Shown here piece by piece: positions 56,697-64,000 of a DNA stretch of 64,000 bases. The notes beneath the pieces were generated by a model. It was not told the DNA's origin. It searched no databases and was given only the letters and a program-made list of their open reading frames with translations. Position numbers and translations under genes: made by a program. Positions within the stretch are counted from its first letter, which is position 1, and the number at the start of each line of letters is the position of its first letter. Source of the stretch: Candidatus Multivorans sp. (GTDB taxonomy: Bacteria; Acidobacteriota; Thermoanaerobaculia; Multivoradales; Multivoraceae); the NCBI GenBank assembly GCA_965247095.1, contig OZ251997.1:2880001-2944000 (forward strand). Direction: 5' to 3'.

Positions 56697-56984
56697 ATGT
56701 GCAGAAACATCCGCGTCCTCTACAACTTCGAGCCGCCCGCCAACAGTGAAGAAGTACGCGCGGCGGCGCTCCAGTACGTGCGCAAGGTCAGCGGTTCGAC
56801 CAAACCGTCACGCGCCAACGCGGCTGCCTTCGAGCAGGCTGTGGATGCCGTCGCGGAGGCGACCGCACGGCTGCTCGAGGAACTGACCACCACCGCGCCG
56901 GCCCGCGACCGCGAGGTCGAGGCGGAGAAGGCCCGCGAGCGCTGGCGGCAGCGCCAGCAGCGAATGGCCGCGGCTTCGGGCTAG
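56697..56984 (+). CDS. DUF2277 family protein
   Basis: MCRNIRVLYNFEPPA..EEVRAAALQYVRKVSG. Confidence 0.9.
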   Translation: MCRNIRVLYNFEPPANSEEVRAAALQYVRKVSGSTKPSRANAAAFEQAVDAVAEATARLLEELTTTAPARDREVEAEKARERWRQRQQRMAAASG

Positions 56985-58252
56985 GCGCCGGCGGCCGCCG
57001 ACTCCGCCCGCATCACGTCGTCGTAGTAGTCGATGACCCGGCGCACGTAGGCGCGCTTCTCGAGGTAGCTGCCGGGGTAGAAGCTGCGCTTGAAGCCGTA
57101 GATGATCACGTTGCGGAGGTCGTCCTGAGACAGGTTGAAGGCCTTGCAGGCGGAGGCGATCTCGTTGGTCACCGTGGTGCGGGACATCAGCCGGTTGTCG
57201 GTGCAGAGGGTGACGGAGAGCCGGTCCTTGACCATCCGTCCGAAGGGGTGGTCGGCGAACTTGCGTAGGTGCTGGATGCTCTGCAGGTTCGAAGTGATGC
57301 AGACCTCGAGGGTGATGCGCCGGTCGCTGATGTACTGCGTCAGGTTGCGGATGTAGCGCTCGGGATCCTTCGTCGCCGTCGAGTTCGGGTTGTCGCGGCG
57401 TAGCCGGTCCACGTCGTAGAGATGCGTACCGTGGCCGATTCGGTCGGCGCCGAGCAGTGTGATGGCCTGGTAGATGCTCTCCGGCCCGTAGGCCTCGCCG
57501 GCGTGGACTGTCTTCATCAGGAAGTTCTGCTGCGCGAACAGGTAGGCGTCGCGATGGAGCGAAGCCGGATTGCCGGCTTCGGCGCCAGCCAGATCGAAAG
57601 CCACGATCGGCAGTCCGAGGCGGTCGCGCGCCTCGACCACCGCTCGGGCCAGCGACAGCGACGCCGCGGCGTGGACCTCCGGCTGCGTGAACCCCTGAAG
57701 GGCCGAGTACAGCCCGTGGTAGTAGGGGCTGTGCCCGGGGCCGAACATCCGCAGCGCGCAGGCGATGATCCCGTAGCGGAAGGGCGGTTCGGCGCCGCTC
57801 TTGACGCCGTCTGTGGCCTCATGCTCCTGTCGCACGCGGTTCAGGCCGCGGTCCACGGCCGCCAGCACGCCGGCCGTGTCGAGGTCCGGGCCGGTATGCA
57901 GTTGAGGCGCCAGCCGGACCTCGACGTAGCACACGCCCTCGGCCAGGTTGTCGACGCCGAGTTCGTAGGCCGTGCGTTCCAGCGCCTCGGCCGCGCACAG
58001 GGCCGGCGAGGTGTAGGAGAAGGCGCGGAGGTAGTCCTCCAGGTCGTCGTAGGTCTCCTTGAAGACGAGTTCCAGCAGGCCTTCCGGGGTCTGGGAAGGA
58101 AGCTCCAGACCGGCGTCGCGCGCCAGCTCGATCAGCGTGTCGAGCCGGAGGGAGCCGTCGAGGTGGACGTGGACATCGGTCTTCGGCAGCCTGCCGATCA
58201 GGTCGGCAGAGGGGACGGGTCCGTTCGGGTCAGTATGATTCGCGGTCTGCAT
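56981..58252 (-). CDS. add: Adenosine deaminase family protein
   Basis: LPKTDVHVHLDGS, FDLAGAE, TVHAGEA, RIGHG, EVC.TSN, CTDN. Confidence 0.9.
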   Translation of the reverse strand: MQTANHTDPNGPVPSADLIGRLPKTDVHVHLDGSLRLDTLIELARDAGLELPSQTPEGLLELVFKETYDDLEDYLRAFSYTSPALCAAEALERTAYELGVDNLAEGVCYVEVRLAPQLHTGPDLDTAGVLAAVDRGLNRVRQEHEATDGVKSGAEPPFRYGIIACALRMFGPGHSPYYHGLYSALQGFTQPEVHAAASLSLARAVVEARDRLGLPIVAFDLAGAEAGNPASLHRDAYLFAQQNFLMKTVHAGEAYGPESIYQAITLLGADRIGHGTHLYDVDRLRRDNPNSTATKDPERYIRNLTQYISDRRITLEVCITSNLQSIQHLRKFADHPFGRMVKDRLSVTLCTDNRLMSRTTVTNEIASACKAFNLSQDDLRNVIIYGFKRSFYPGSYLEKRAYVRRVIDYYDDVMRAESAAAGA

Positions 58253-58305
58253 AGCGCAGTGTACAGGCACCTGTGGATTGGCGACTCTTGTCAGGGAGCG
58301 AGACG

Positions 58306-58428
58306 ATGACGACGACCAGACGTTCCTTTCTTGGTGGCATGAGCAGTCTCGGAGCAGTGCTGCGCGCCGAGTACCACAACGGCTGGCAACTCCCGCAGGT
58401 CACGGGCGCCGAGGCTTCGGCCGGCTGA
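58306..58428 (+). other. 40-aa micro-ORF with a Tat motif (probable collapsed gene)
   Basis: AGGGAG-7nt-ATG; MTTTRRSFLGGMSSLGAVLRAEYHNGWQLPQVTGAEASAG*. Confidence 0.65.
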
Positions 58429-58444
58429 TTCGCGAGTTGCCACC

Positions 58445-59347
58445 CTGACCCTGCTCGAAGACTGCCGGCTTGGCGCCGCGACCATCCTGTTCGGCGAAGG
58501 CTCCGGCAAGTACCCCGACAACAACGCCCTGCTGGTGGAGGGCGCTGAGTCGACGATGCTGATCGACCCTTCGCTCGGCGTGCGCGCCCGCGGCCGGAGC
58601 GCCCTGCCCGCCGTCGACCTCGTGCTGCTCAGCCACTGCCACGAGGACCACACCGCGGCGCTGCCTCTGTTTCCGGACGCGCCGGTACACGTCCACGAGG
58701 AGGACCTGTGCGGCCTCCTCGACTTCGACGGGTTTCTGGGCATCTTCGGCGTCGAACCGGAGCGCCGCGAGGAGTACGGCCGGCACCTGCAGACCACGTT
58801 CTTCTACGAGCCCCGGCCCGACGCCGTCCCTTTCCGCGACGGCGATCTGTTCGACCTCGGCGGCGGCGTGTCGGTGCGGGTGATCCACACCCCGGGCCAT
58901 ACTCGGGGCCACTGCTGCTTCCTGATCGAGCCCGACGGCATCCTGTTCCTGGCCGACATCGACCTGACCGGCTTCGGCCCGTACTACGGGGACGACTGGT
59001 CGGACCTTGCCGCCTTCGAGCGTTCGCTCGACCTGGTGCGCGGCATCGAAGCGGCGCACTACGCCACCGGCCATCACATCGGTCTGCTCGAGGACCGGGC
59101 CGCCTACCTGGGCCGTCTCGAGCGCTACGGCGATCGCATCCGCGATCGCGAACGGCGCTTGCTCGAGTACCTGGGGCAACCGCGGACGATGGACGAGATC
59201 ACGGACCACCGCTTCGTCTACCGTCCTCAGGACGCGGGCGCCGGGATCCCGAAGGTCGAGCGACGGAGCATGCAGCTCCACTTGGACCGGCTGCAGCAGG
59301 GCGGCCGGGTCGAGCGCAGTGGAGAGACGTATCGGGCGCTGCGTTAG
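58445..59347 (+). CDS. MBL-fold metallo-hydrolase (start uncertain; CTG 58445 proposed)
   Basis: SHCHEDH, HTPGHT.GH, LAD, TGH; in-frame ILFGEGSGKYPDNNALLV precedes the first GTG (58535). Confidence 0.85.
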   Translation: MTLLEDCRLGAATILFGEGSGKYPDNNALLVEGAESTMLIDPSLGVRARGRSALPAVDLVLLSHCHEDHTAALPLFPDAPVHVHEEDLCGLLDFDGFLGIFGVEPERREEYGRHLQTTFFYEPRPDAVPFRDGDLFDLGGGVSVRVIHTPGHTRGHCCFLIEPDGILFLADIDLTGFGPYYGDDWSDLAAFERSLDLVRGIEAAHYATGHHIGLLEDRAAYLGRLERYGDRIRDRERRLLEYLGQPRTMDEITDHRFVYRPQDAGAGIPKVERRSMQLHLDRLQQGGRVERSGETYRALR

Positions 59348-59382
59348 CATTCCTGGCCAGGGAATCGCCGAGGAGGCCATTG

Positions 59383-59979
59383 ATGAAGGTTGGGGTCGGT
59401 TGGTTCGGTTTGCCGGCGTTGTTGATGGCTGGAACTCTGGCCGCGGCGCCGCTGCCGGGTGAGGCCGGTGACGCCGGGCCGGTCGCCGAACGGCTCCTCG
59501 ATCCGGACGACATCTACCCGGTGACCTCGGACCAGTTCCAGGGCATCCTGGATCACCATCGCGGCAAGGTGGTCATGGTCAACATCTGGGCTACCTGGTG
59601 TAAACCCTGCCTGGATGAACTGCCAGCCCTGAACGATCTGCAGAAGAACTACCGCGAGCGCGGTCTGCGGGTGCTCGCGGTCTCCGCGGACGATCCCAGG
59701 AAGATGAAGAAGATCCGGGAGTGCTTCAAGGAGCGCGCCCCCGATCTCACGTCCTACGTGGCGGTCGGGCCGCCGCCCGAGCAGGGGCGCAAGGGGAAGA
59801 AGCAGCGGTGGGAAGACTCGAGGAAGTTCATCCGCGCCTTGTACGAGGACTGGCCGTCCAAGTTCCCGACCACGTTGATCTTCGATGCGGAGGGCGAACT
59901 CAAAGAGACCGTGATCGGCGCGCGGAGCCACTTCCAGTTCGCGCTGCTGCTGGAAAGGATGTGGGGAGCCGACTTCTGA
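59383..59979 (+). CDS. TlpA/ResA-like thiol-disulfide oxidoreductase
   Basis: NIWATWCKPC..ELP; FPTT. Confidence 0.9.
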   Translation: MKVGVGWFGLPALLMAGTLAAAPLPGEAGDAGPVAERLLDPDDIYPVTSDQFQGILDHHRGKVVMVNIWATWCKPCLDELPALNDLQKNYRERGLRVLAVSADDPRKMKKIRECFKERAPDLTSYVAVGPPPEQGRKGKKQRWEDSRKFIRALYEDWPSKFPTTLIFDAEGELKETVIGARSHFQFALLLERMWGADF

Positions 59980-60080
59980 CGCCGAAGCCCTGGCCTGTTG
60001 GCGGCGGGTCTATACTGCCAGTCAGGTTCCGTACCGGCTCCTTTCGGGGTCGGTCGCTGCGCCGGAAACAGGAGGTTCGA

Positions 60081-60647
60081 TTGTCCGTCAAGAGAGTGGC
60101 CCCGACCTGGGTCTGGGCTTCGGTTCTGATTGCGGCCTTGCTTGCCGTTGCGCTGCCCGCGATCGCGGACGACGCGGCATCGGCGGAGCATCTGCTCGAA
60201 CCGGACACGATCCACCCCGCGACCGCGGAGCAATTCCGGACGGTACTCGAGCACCACCGGGGCAAGGTGGTGATCGTCAACTACTGGGCCACCTGGTGCA
60301 TCCCCTGCCTGCAGGAACTGCCCGAGCTCGACCTGCTGCAGGAGCGCTACGGCGACCGCGGCCTGAAGGTGATTGCCGTCTCGTTGGACGATCCGGAGAA
60401 GCTCGAGGACCGGGTGCGGCCGTTCTTCGCCAAGCGAGCGCCCGGCCTGGTCTCCTACCTCGCCACCGCCGGCGACAACTCGGTGGACTTCGTCACCTCG
60501 TTCGATCCCGAGTGGCCCGGGGCTCTGCCGACCACGATGTTCTTCGATCGCAGTGGCGAACTGACCAACATCCATCTCGGACGGATGCTGTACGCGGAGT
60601 TCGAAGAGGCGGTGCTCGAGTTGCTTGAGGCCGACGGGGGATCCTGA
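60081..60647 (+). CDS. TlpA/ResA-like thiol-disulfide oxidoreductase (tandem paralog)
   Basis: GGAGG + TTG start; NYWATWCIPC..ELP; LPTT. Confidence 0.9.
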   Translation: MSVKRVAPTWVWASVLIAALLAVALPAIADDAASAEHLLEPDTIHPATAEQFRTVLEHHRGKVVIVNYWATWCIPCLQELPELDLLQERYGDRGLKVIAVSLDDPEKLEDRVRPFFAKRAPGLVSYLATAGDNSVDFVTSFDPEWPGALPTTMFFDRSGELTNIHLGRMLYAEFEEAVLELLEADGGS

Positions 60648-60698
60648 TCCGGGTCGAGCGAGCCCGCACGGTGTCTCGCCGACATCGGCAACCCTACA

Positions 60699-60752
60699 GA
60701 AACGTGGGCATCCTGCCCGCTCACCGAACGTGGCATCCTGCCCGCACCCGGC
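60699..60752 (+). repeat. Two degenerate REP units
   Basis: AACGTGGGCATCCTGCCCGC and AACGTGGCATCCTGCCCGC. Confidence 0.75.
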
Positions 60753-60841
60753 CTTGCCGGGCGAGAGCCCGGAAGCTGCGGACTGCTTCCCGGTGTTGTC
60801 GGTTTTGGGCGCCGAGACAGAGGCGCTTAGGAGGGACGCGA

Positions 60842-61954
60842 ATGTCAGACCCGGTCTTCGAGCACTTCGGCTTTTCCGACGAGTACGGTCCGGAGAAGGT
60901 CGTCACCCTGTACGAGCCGCGGTGCGGCCTGCAGGGGATCGTCGTCATCGACAACAGCGCCGCCGGACCGACGATGGGCGGCATCCGCATGGCGGCCGAC
61001 GTCTCGGTAGAGGAGGTCTGCCGGTTGGCGCGGGCCATGACGTGGAAGAACGCGATGGCCAGTCTGCCTCACGGCGGCGGCAAGGCGGGCATCCGCGCCG
61101 ACCCACGGTCGCCGAACCGGGAGGCCTTGGTGCGGCAGTTCGGCCGGGCGATCAGGCAGTTGGTGGACTACATCCCGGCCCCGGACATGGGCACGGACGA
61201 GACCGCGATGGCCTGGATTCGCGACGAGGGCGGCTGCTCGGTCGGCCTGTCCAAGGCGCTGGGCGGGATCCCTCTCGACGAGGTTGGTTCGACCGGTTTC
61301 GGTCTCGCCATCGCCGCCGAGGTGGCCGAGGAGGCGGGCGTTGTGAGACTCGAAGGCGCCACGATCTCGATCCAGGGTTTCGGCAACGTCGGTCGACCGG
61401 CGGCCCGGTTCCTGGCCGAGCGGGGCGCGCGGCTCGTCGCGGTCACCGATCTCGACGGCACGATCCATGACCCGAACGGCATCGACATCGACGAACTCGT
61501 GGCGACGATGGATGCGACCGGCGGGGTGACCGCCTACCCGCGCGGCAGCCGGGTGGAAGGCGACGCCTTCCTGGACCTGGAGGTCGACTTCTTGGTGCCG
61601 GCGGCGCGTCCCGACGTGATCGACAGCGGCAATGCGGGCCGCGTAGGCTGCAAGGTCGTGCTCCAGGGGGCGAACATACCGGTCACGCCGGCCGGCGAAC
61701 GGATTCTCCACGACCGTGGTGTTCTCTCGATTCCCGACTTCGTCGCCAATGCCGGCGGCATCATCTGCGGCGCGGTCGGGTACGCGGGCGGCTCGGAGAG
61801 GCAGGCGTTCGAGAGAATCGAGGACACGGTGCGCGAGAACACCCGCGAGGTGCTGGAACTGGCCCGGACCGAGGGATGCCTGCCGCGCGAGGCGGCGATG
61901 GGTATCGCGCAGCGACGCGTCTCGGAAGTGATGGCCTATCGCCGCGCCGACTAG
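60842..61954 (+). CDS. Glu/Leu/Phe/Val dehydrogenase
   Basis: GP..GGIRM, MTWKNA, GGGKAG, PAPDMGT, QGFGNVG, GAN.P, PDFVANAGG. Confidence 0.93.
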   Translation: MSDPVFEHFGFSDEYGPEKVVTLYEPRCGLQGIVVIDNSAAGPTMGGIRMAADVSVEEVCRLARAMTWKNAMASLPHGGGKAGIRADPRSPNREALVRQFGRAIRQLVDYIPAPDMGTDETAMAWIRDEGGCSVGLSKALGGIPLDEVGSTGFGLAIAAEVAEEAGVVRLEGATISIQGFGNVGRPAARFLAERGARLVAVTDLDGTIHDPNGIDIDELVATMDATGGVTAYPRGSRVEGDAFLDLEVDFLVPAARPDVIDSGNAGRVGCKVVLQGANIPVTPAGERILHDRGVLSIPDFVANAGGIICGAVGYAGGSERQAFERIEDTVRENTREVLELARTEGCLPREAAMGIAQRRVSEVMAYRRAD

Positions 61955-61977
61955 CGGCAGGTCGAAGTCGACACGGA

Positions 61978-62907
61978 ATGAAGCCCCACAACGCACTCGC
62001 CGAACCGGCGGTCGACCGGCGGTCCGAGCGGCGCGGCGACGCCGAGTGGCTTGCGGGGCGCCTCGCCGACCCCGAGAGCCTGCTGACTGTCGTGTGGCGG
62101 GAGCGCAGTCTGGTCATCGACGCCCATGGCGATCGCGCGCCGGCGCCGGGGACGGTGCCTGTGACCGCGGCATCGGCGCTGGTCGAGCAGACGGAGGAAC
62201 TCGTCTACCTGGGTGACGCGGCCGGCCGGAGCTACTTCTCGATCGACCTTTCCGACCGGGACGATCCGCTTCCGGGAGCGTTGCGGGGCGCTGGTCGGTT
62301 GGTCGATCTGCGCCAGGTCGGTTCCGCGATGAGCGGTCCAGACGGCAACCTGCTTGCCTACGCCCGGGCTATGGCGACCTGGCATCAACGCCACCGCTTC
62401 TGCGGCCGTTGCGGCGCGGCGACGTCAAGCCGGAACGCCGGTCACTTGCGGGTGTGCACCGGCTGCGGCGCCGAGCACTTCCCGCGCACGGACCCCGCGG
62501 TGATCATGCTGGTGCACACGTCGAGCGGCGGCGACGACTCGTGCCTGCTCGGCCGCCAGGCCACCTGGCCGCCCGGCATGTTCTCGGCCCTGGCGGGCTT
62601 CGTCGAACCTGGTGAGAGCCTGGAGAGCGCCGTGGCGCGCGAGGTCCAGGAAGAAACCGGCATCGCCGTCGACACCGTGGAGTACCACTCCTCTCAACCG
62701 TGGCCCTTCCCGACCTCGATCATGCTGGGCTTCTACGCCACGTCCCCCGGCGGCGACGTGCAGGTGGACACCGAGGAACTCGAGCACGCGGTCTGGGTGA
62801 GCCGCTCCGACCTCGAGTACGCGATCAGAGCCCGCGAGGTGCGGTTGCCGCTGCCGCTCTCGATCGCTCGCAGGCTGATCGACGACTGGCTGCGCGGGCT
62901 CGCGTAG
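61978..62907 (+). CDS. nudC: NADH pyrophosphatase / NAD-cap decapping Nudix
   Basis: FCGRCG..C..C, FPRTDPAVI, Nudix box GFVEPGES.E.AVAREV.EE.G, SQPWPFP.S. Confidence 0.95.
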   Translation: MKPHNALAEPAVDRRSERRGDAEWLAGRLADPESLLTVVWRERSLVIDAHGDRAPAPGTVPVTAASALVEQTEELVYLGDAAGRSYFSIDLSDRDDPLPGALRGAGRLVDLRQVGSAMSGPDGNLLAYARAMATWHQRHRFCGRCGAATSSRNAGHLRVCTGCGAEHFPRTDPAVIMLVHTSSGGDDSCLLGRQATWPPGMFSALAGFVEPGESLESAVAREVQEETGIAVDTVEYHSSQPWPFPTSIMLGFYATSPGGDVQVDTEELEHAVWVSRSDLEYAIRAREVRLPLPLSIARRLIDDWLRGLA

Positions 62908-62919
62908 CATGGGTCGGCA

Positions 62920-63966
62920 ATGACCCTCGACTCCACGAACGGCGCCGCCGGCAGCCAGCCGATCGACCGCCTGGGACGACCGATCCGCGATCTGCGCATC
63001 TCGGTCATCGACCGCTGTAACTTCCGTTGCACGTTCTGCATGCCGGCGGACCGGGAGTACAAGTTCCTGCCCAGGCAGCAGTTGATGACCTTCGAGGAGA
63101 TCGAACGCCTGGTGCGGCTGTTCGTCGAGCTCGGCGTGCGCAAGATCAGGCTCACCGGCGGGGAGCCGCTCCTGCGCCGGGACATCGAGGACCTTGTCCG
63201 GCGCTTGGCCGCCACCCCCGGCATCGACGACTTGGCCCTGACCACGAACGGCGTTCTGCTCGGGGCCAAGGCGCAGGCGCTCGCCGACGCCGGCCTCAAC
63301 CGGGTCACGGTCAGCGTCGAGTCGCTGCGGGACGACGTCTTCGGCCGCGTCAACGGTCTTGGACACGGCGTGCAGCAAGTGCTCGACGGCATCGACGCCG
63401 CGGCCGACGCCGGTCTCGGCCCGATCAAGATCAACACGGTCGTCATGCAGGGCACCAACGAGGACGAGGTCGCCGACATCGCGGGCTACTTCAAGGAGCG
63501 AGGCCACATCGTGCGCTTCATCGAGTTCATGGACGTCGGCACCGTGAACGACTGGAGCCTCGACCGCGTAGTGACGGCGGCCGAGATCACCGACCGGATC
63601 GCCGAACGCTGGGCCTTCGAGCCGGTCGGCCGCGCCCAACCGAGCGACGTCGCCGAGCGCTTCCGCTACCTCGACGACGGCGTCGAGTTCGGCGTCATCT
63701 CCTCGATCAGCCGCCCCTTCTGCGGCGACTGCGCCCGGGCGCGCCTCTCCTCCGACGGCCGCCTCTACACCTGCCTGTTCGCCGACACCGGCCCCTCGAT
63801 ACGGGATCGCCTCCGCTCCGGCGTGACGGACGAAGAGCTGCTCGCCTTCCTTGCCGGCCACTGGCGCGGCCGCGAGGACCGCTACTCCGAGATCCGCGCC
63901 GAACGCCTGCGCGCGGGTTTGCGGACGCCGGCGGAGCGGGTGGAGATGTTCCGTATCGGCGGGTAA
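62920..63966 (+). CDS. moaA: GTP 3',8-cyclase
   Basis: LRISV.DRCNFRC.FCMP, RLTGGEPL, FCGDC.RARL..DG.LYTCLF, C-terminal IGG. Confidence 0.96.
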   Translation: MTLDSTNGAAGSQPIDRLGRPIRDLRISVIDRCNFRCTFCMPADREYKFLPRQQLMTFEEIERLVRLFVELGVRKIRLTGGEPLLRRDIEDLVRRLAATPGIDDLALTTNGVLLGAKAQALADAGLNRVTVSVESLRDDVFGRVNGLGHGVQQVLDGIDAAADAGLGPIKINTVVMQGTNEDEVADIAGYFKERGHIVRFIEFMDVGTVNDWSLDRVVTAAEITDRIAERWAFEPVGRAQPSDVAERFRYLDDGVEFGVISSISRPFCGDCARARLSSDGRLYTCLFADTGPSIRDRLRSGVTDEELLAFLAGHWRGREDRYSEIRAERLRAGLRTPAERVEMFRIGG

Positions 63967-64000
63967 AGCGAGAGCTTCACGCCGTTGCGTATACTAGCGC

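Overview
GC-rich bacterial chromosome segment. An Acidobacteriota origin is inferred from the ADOP permease + PadR locus, the Oar-type TonB-dependent receptor, the DUF1501/DUF1553 pair and PQQ enzymes. It holds about 50 CDSs, mostly secreted enzymes and transporters, plus ligD/ku, infC, ggt, ybdK, frmA, nudC and moaA. I found no rRNA, tRNA or CRISPR array. Main observations: (1) a single 1312-aa ORF joins a complete inner-membrane MFS transporter, via an internal signal-peptide-like segment with an AxA site, to an Oar-like outer-membrane TonB-dependent receptor, a candidate self-processing two-membrane polyprotein; (2) a RAYT (HUH/Y1) transposase sits between inverted arrays of a modular multi-hairpin REP element; about 11 loci occur in the window, the stems show compensatory substitutions, and several copies lie beside toxin-antitoxin modules; (3) a series of internally deleted 'ghost' genes (PQQ dehydrogenase, HEPN, AAA toxin+partner, IS1595, DUF2277, a 40-aa Tat micro-ORF) and a recoded copy of the MFS N-terminus, in a region that also encodes NHEJ; (4) a mirror-symmetric bidirectional leaderless promoter between padR and the ABC ATPase gene. 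All family calls come from motif recognition by eye; no database searches were run.
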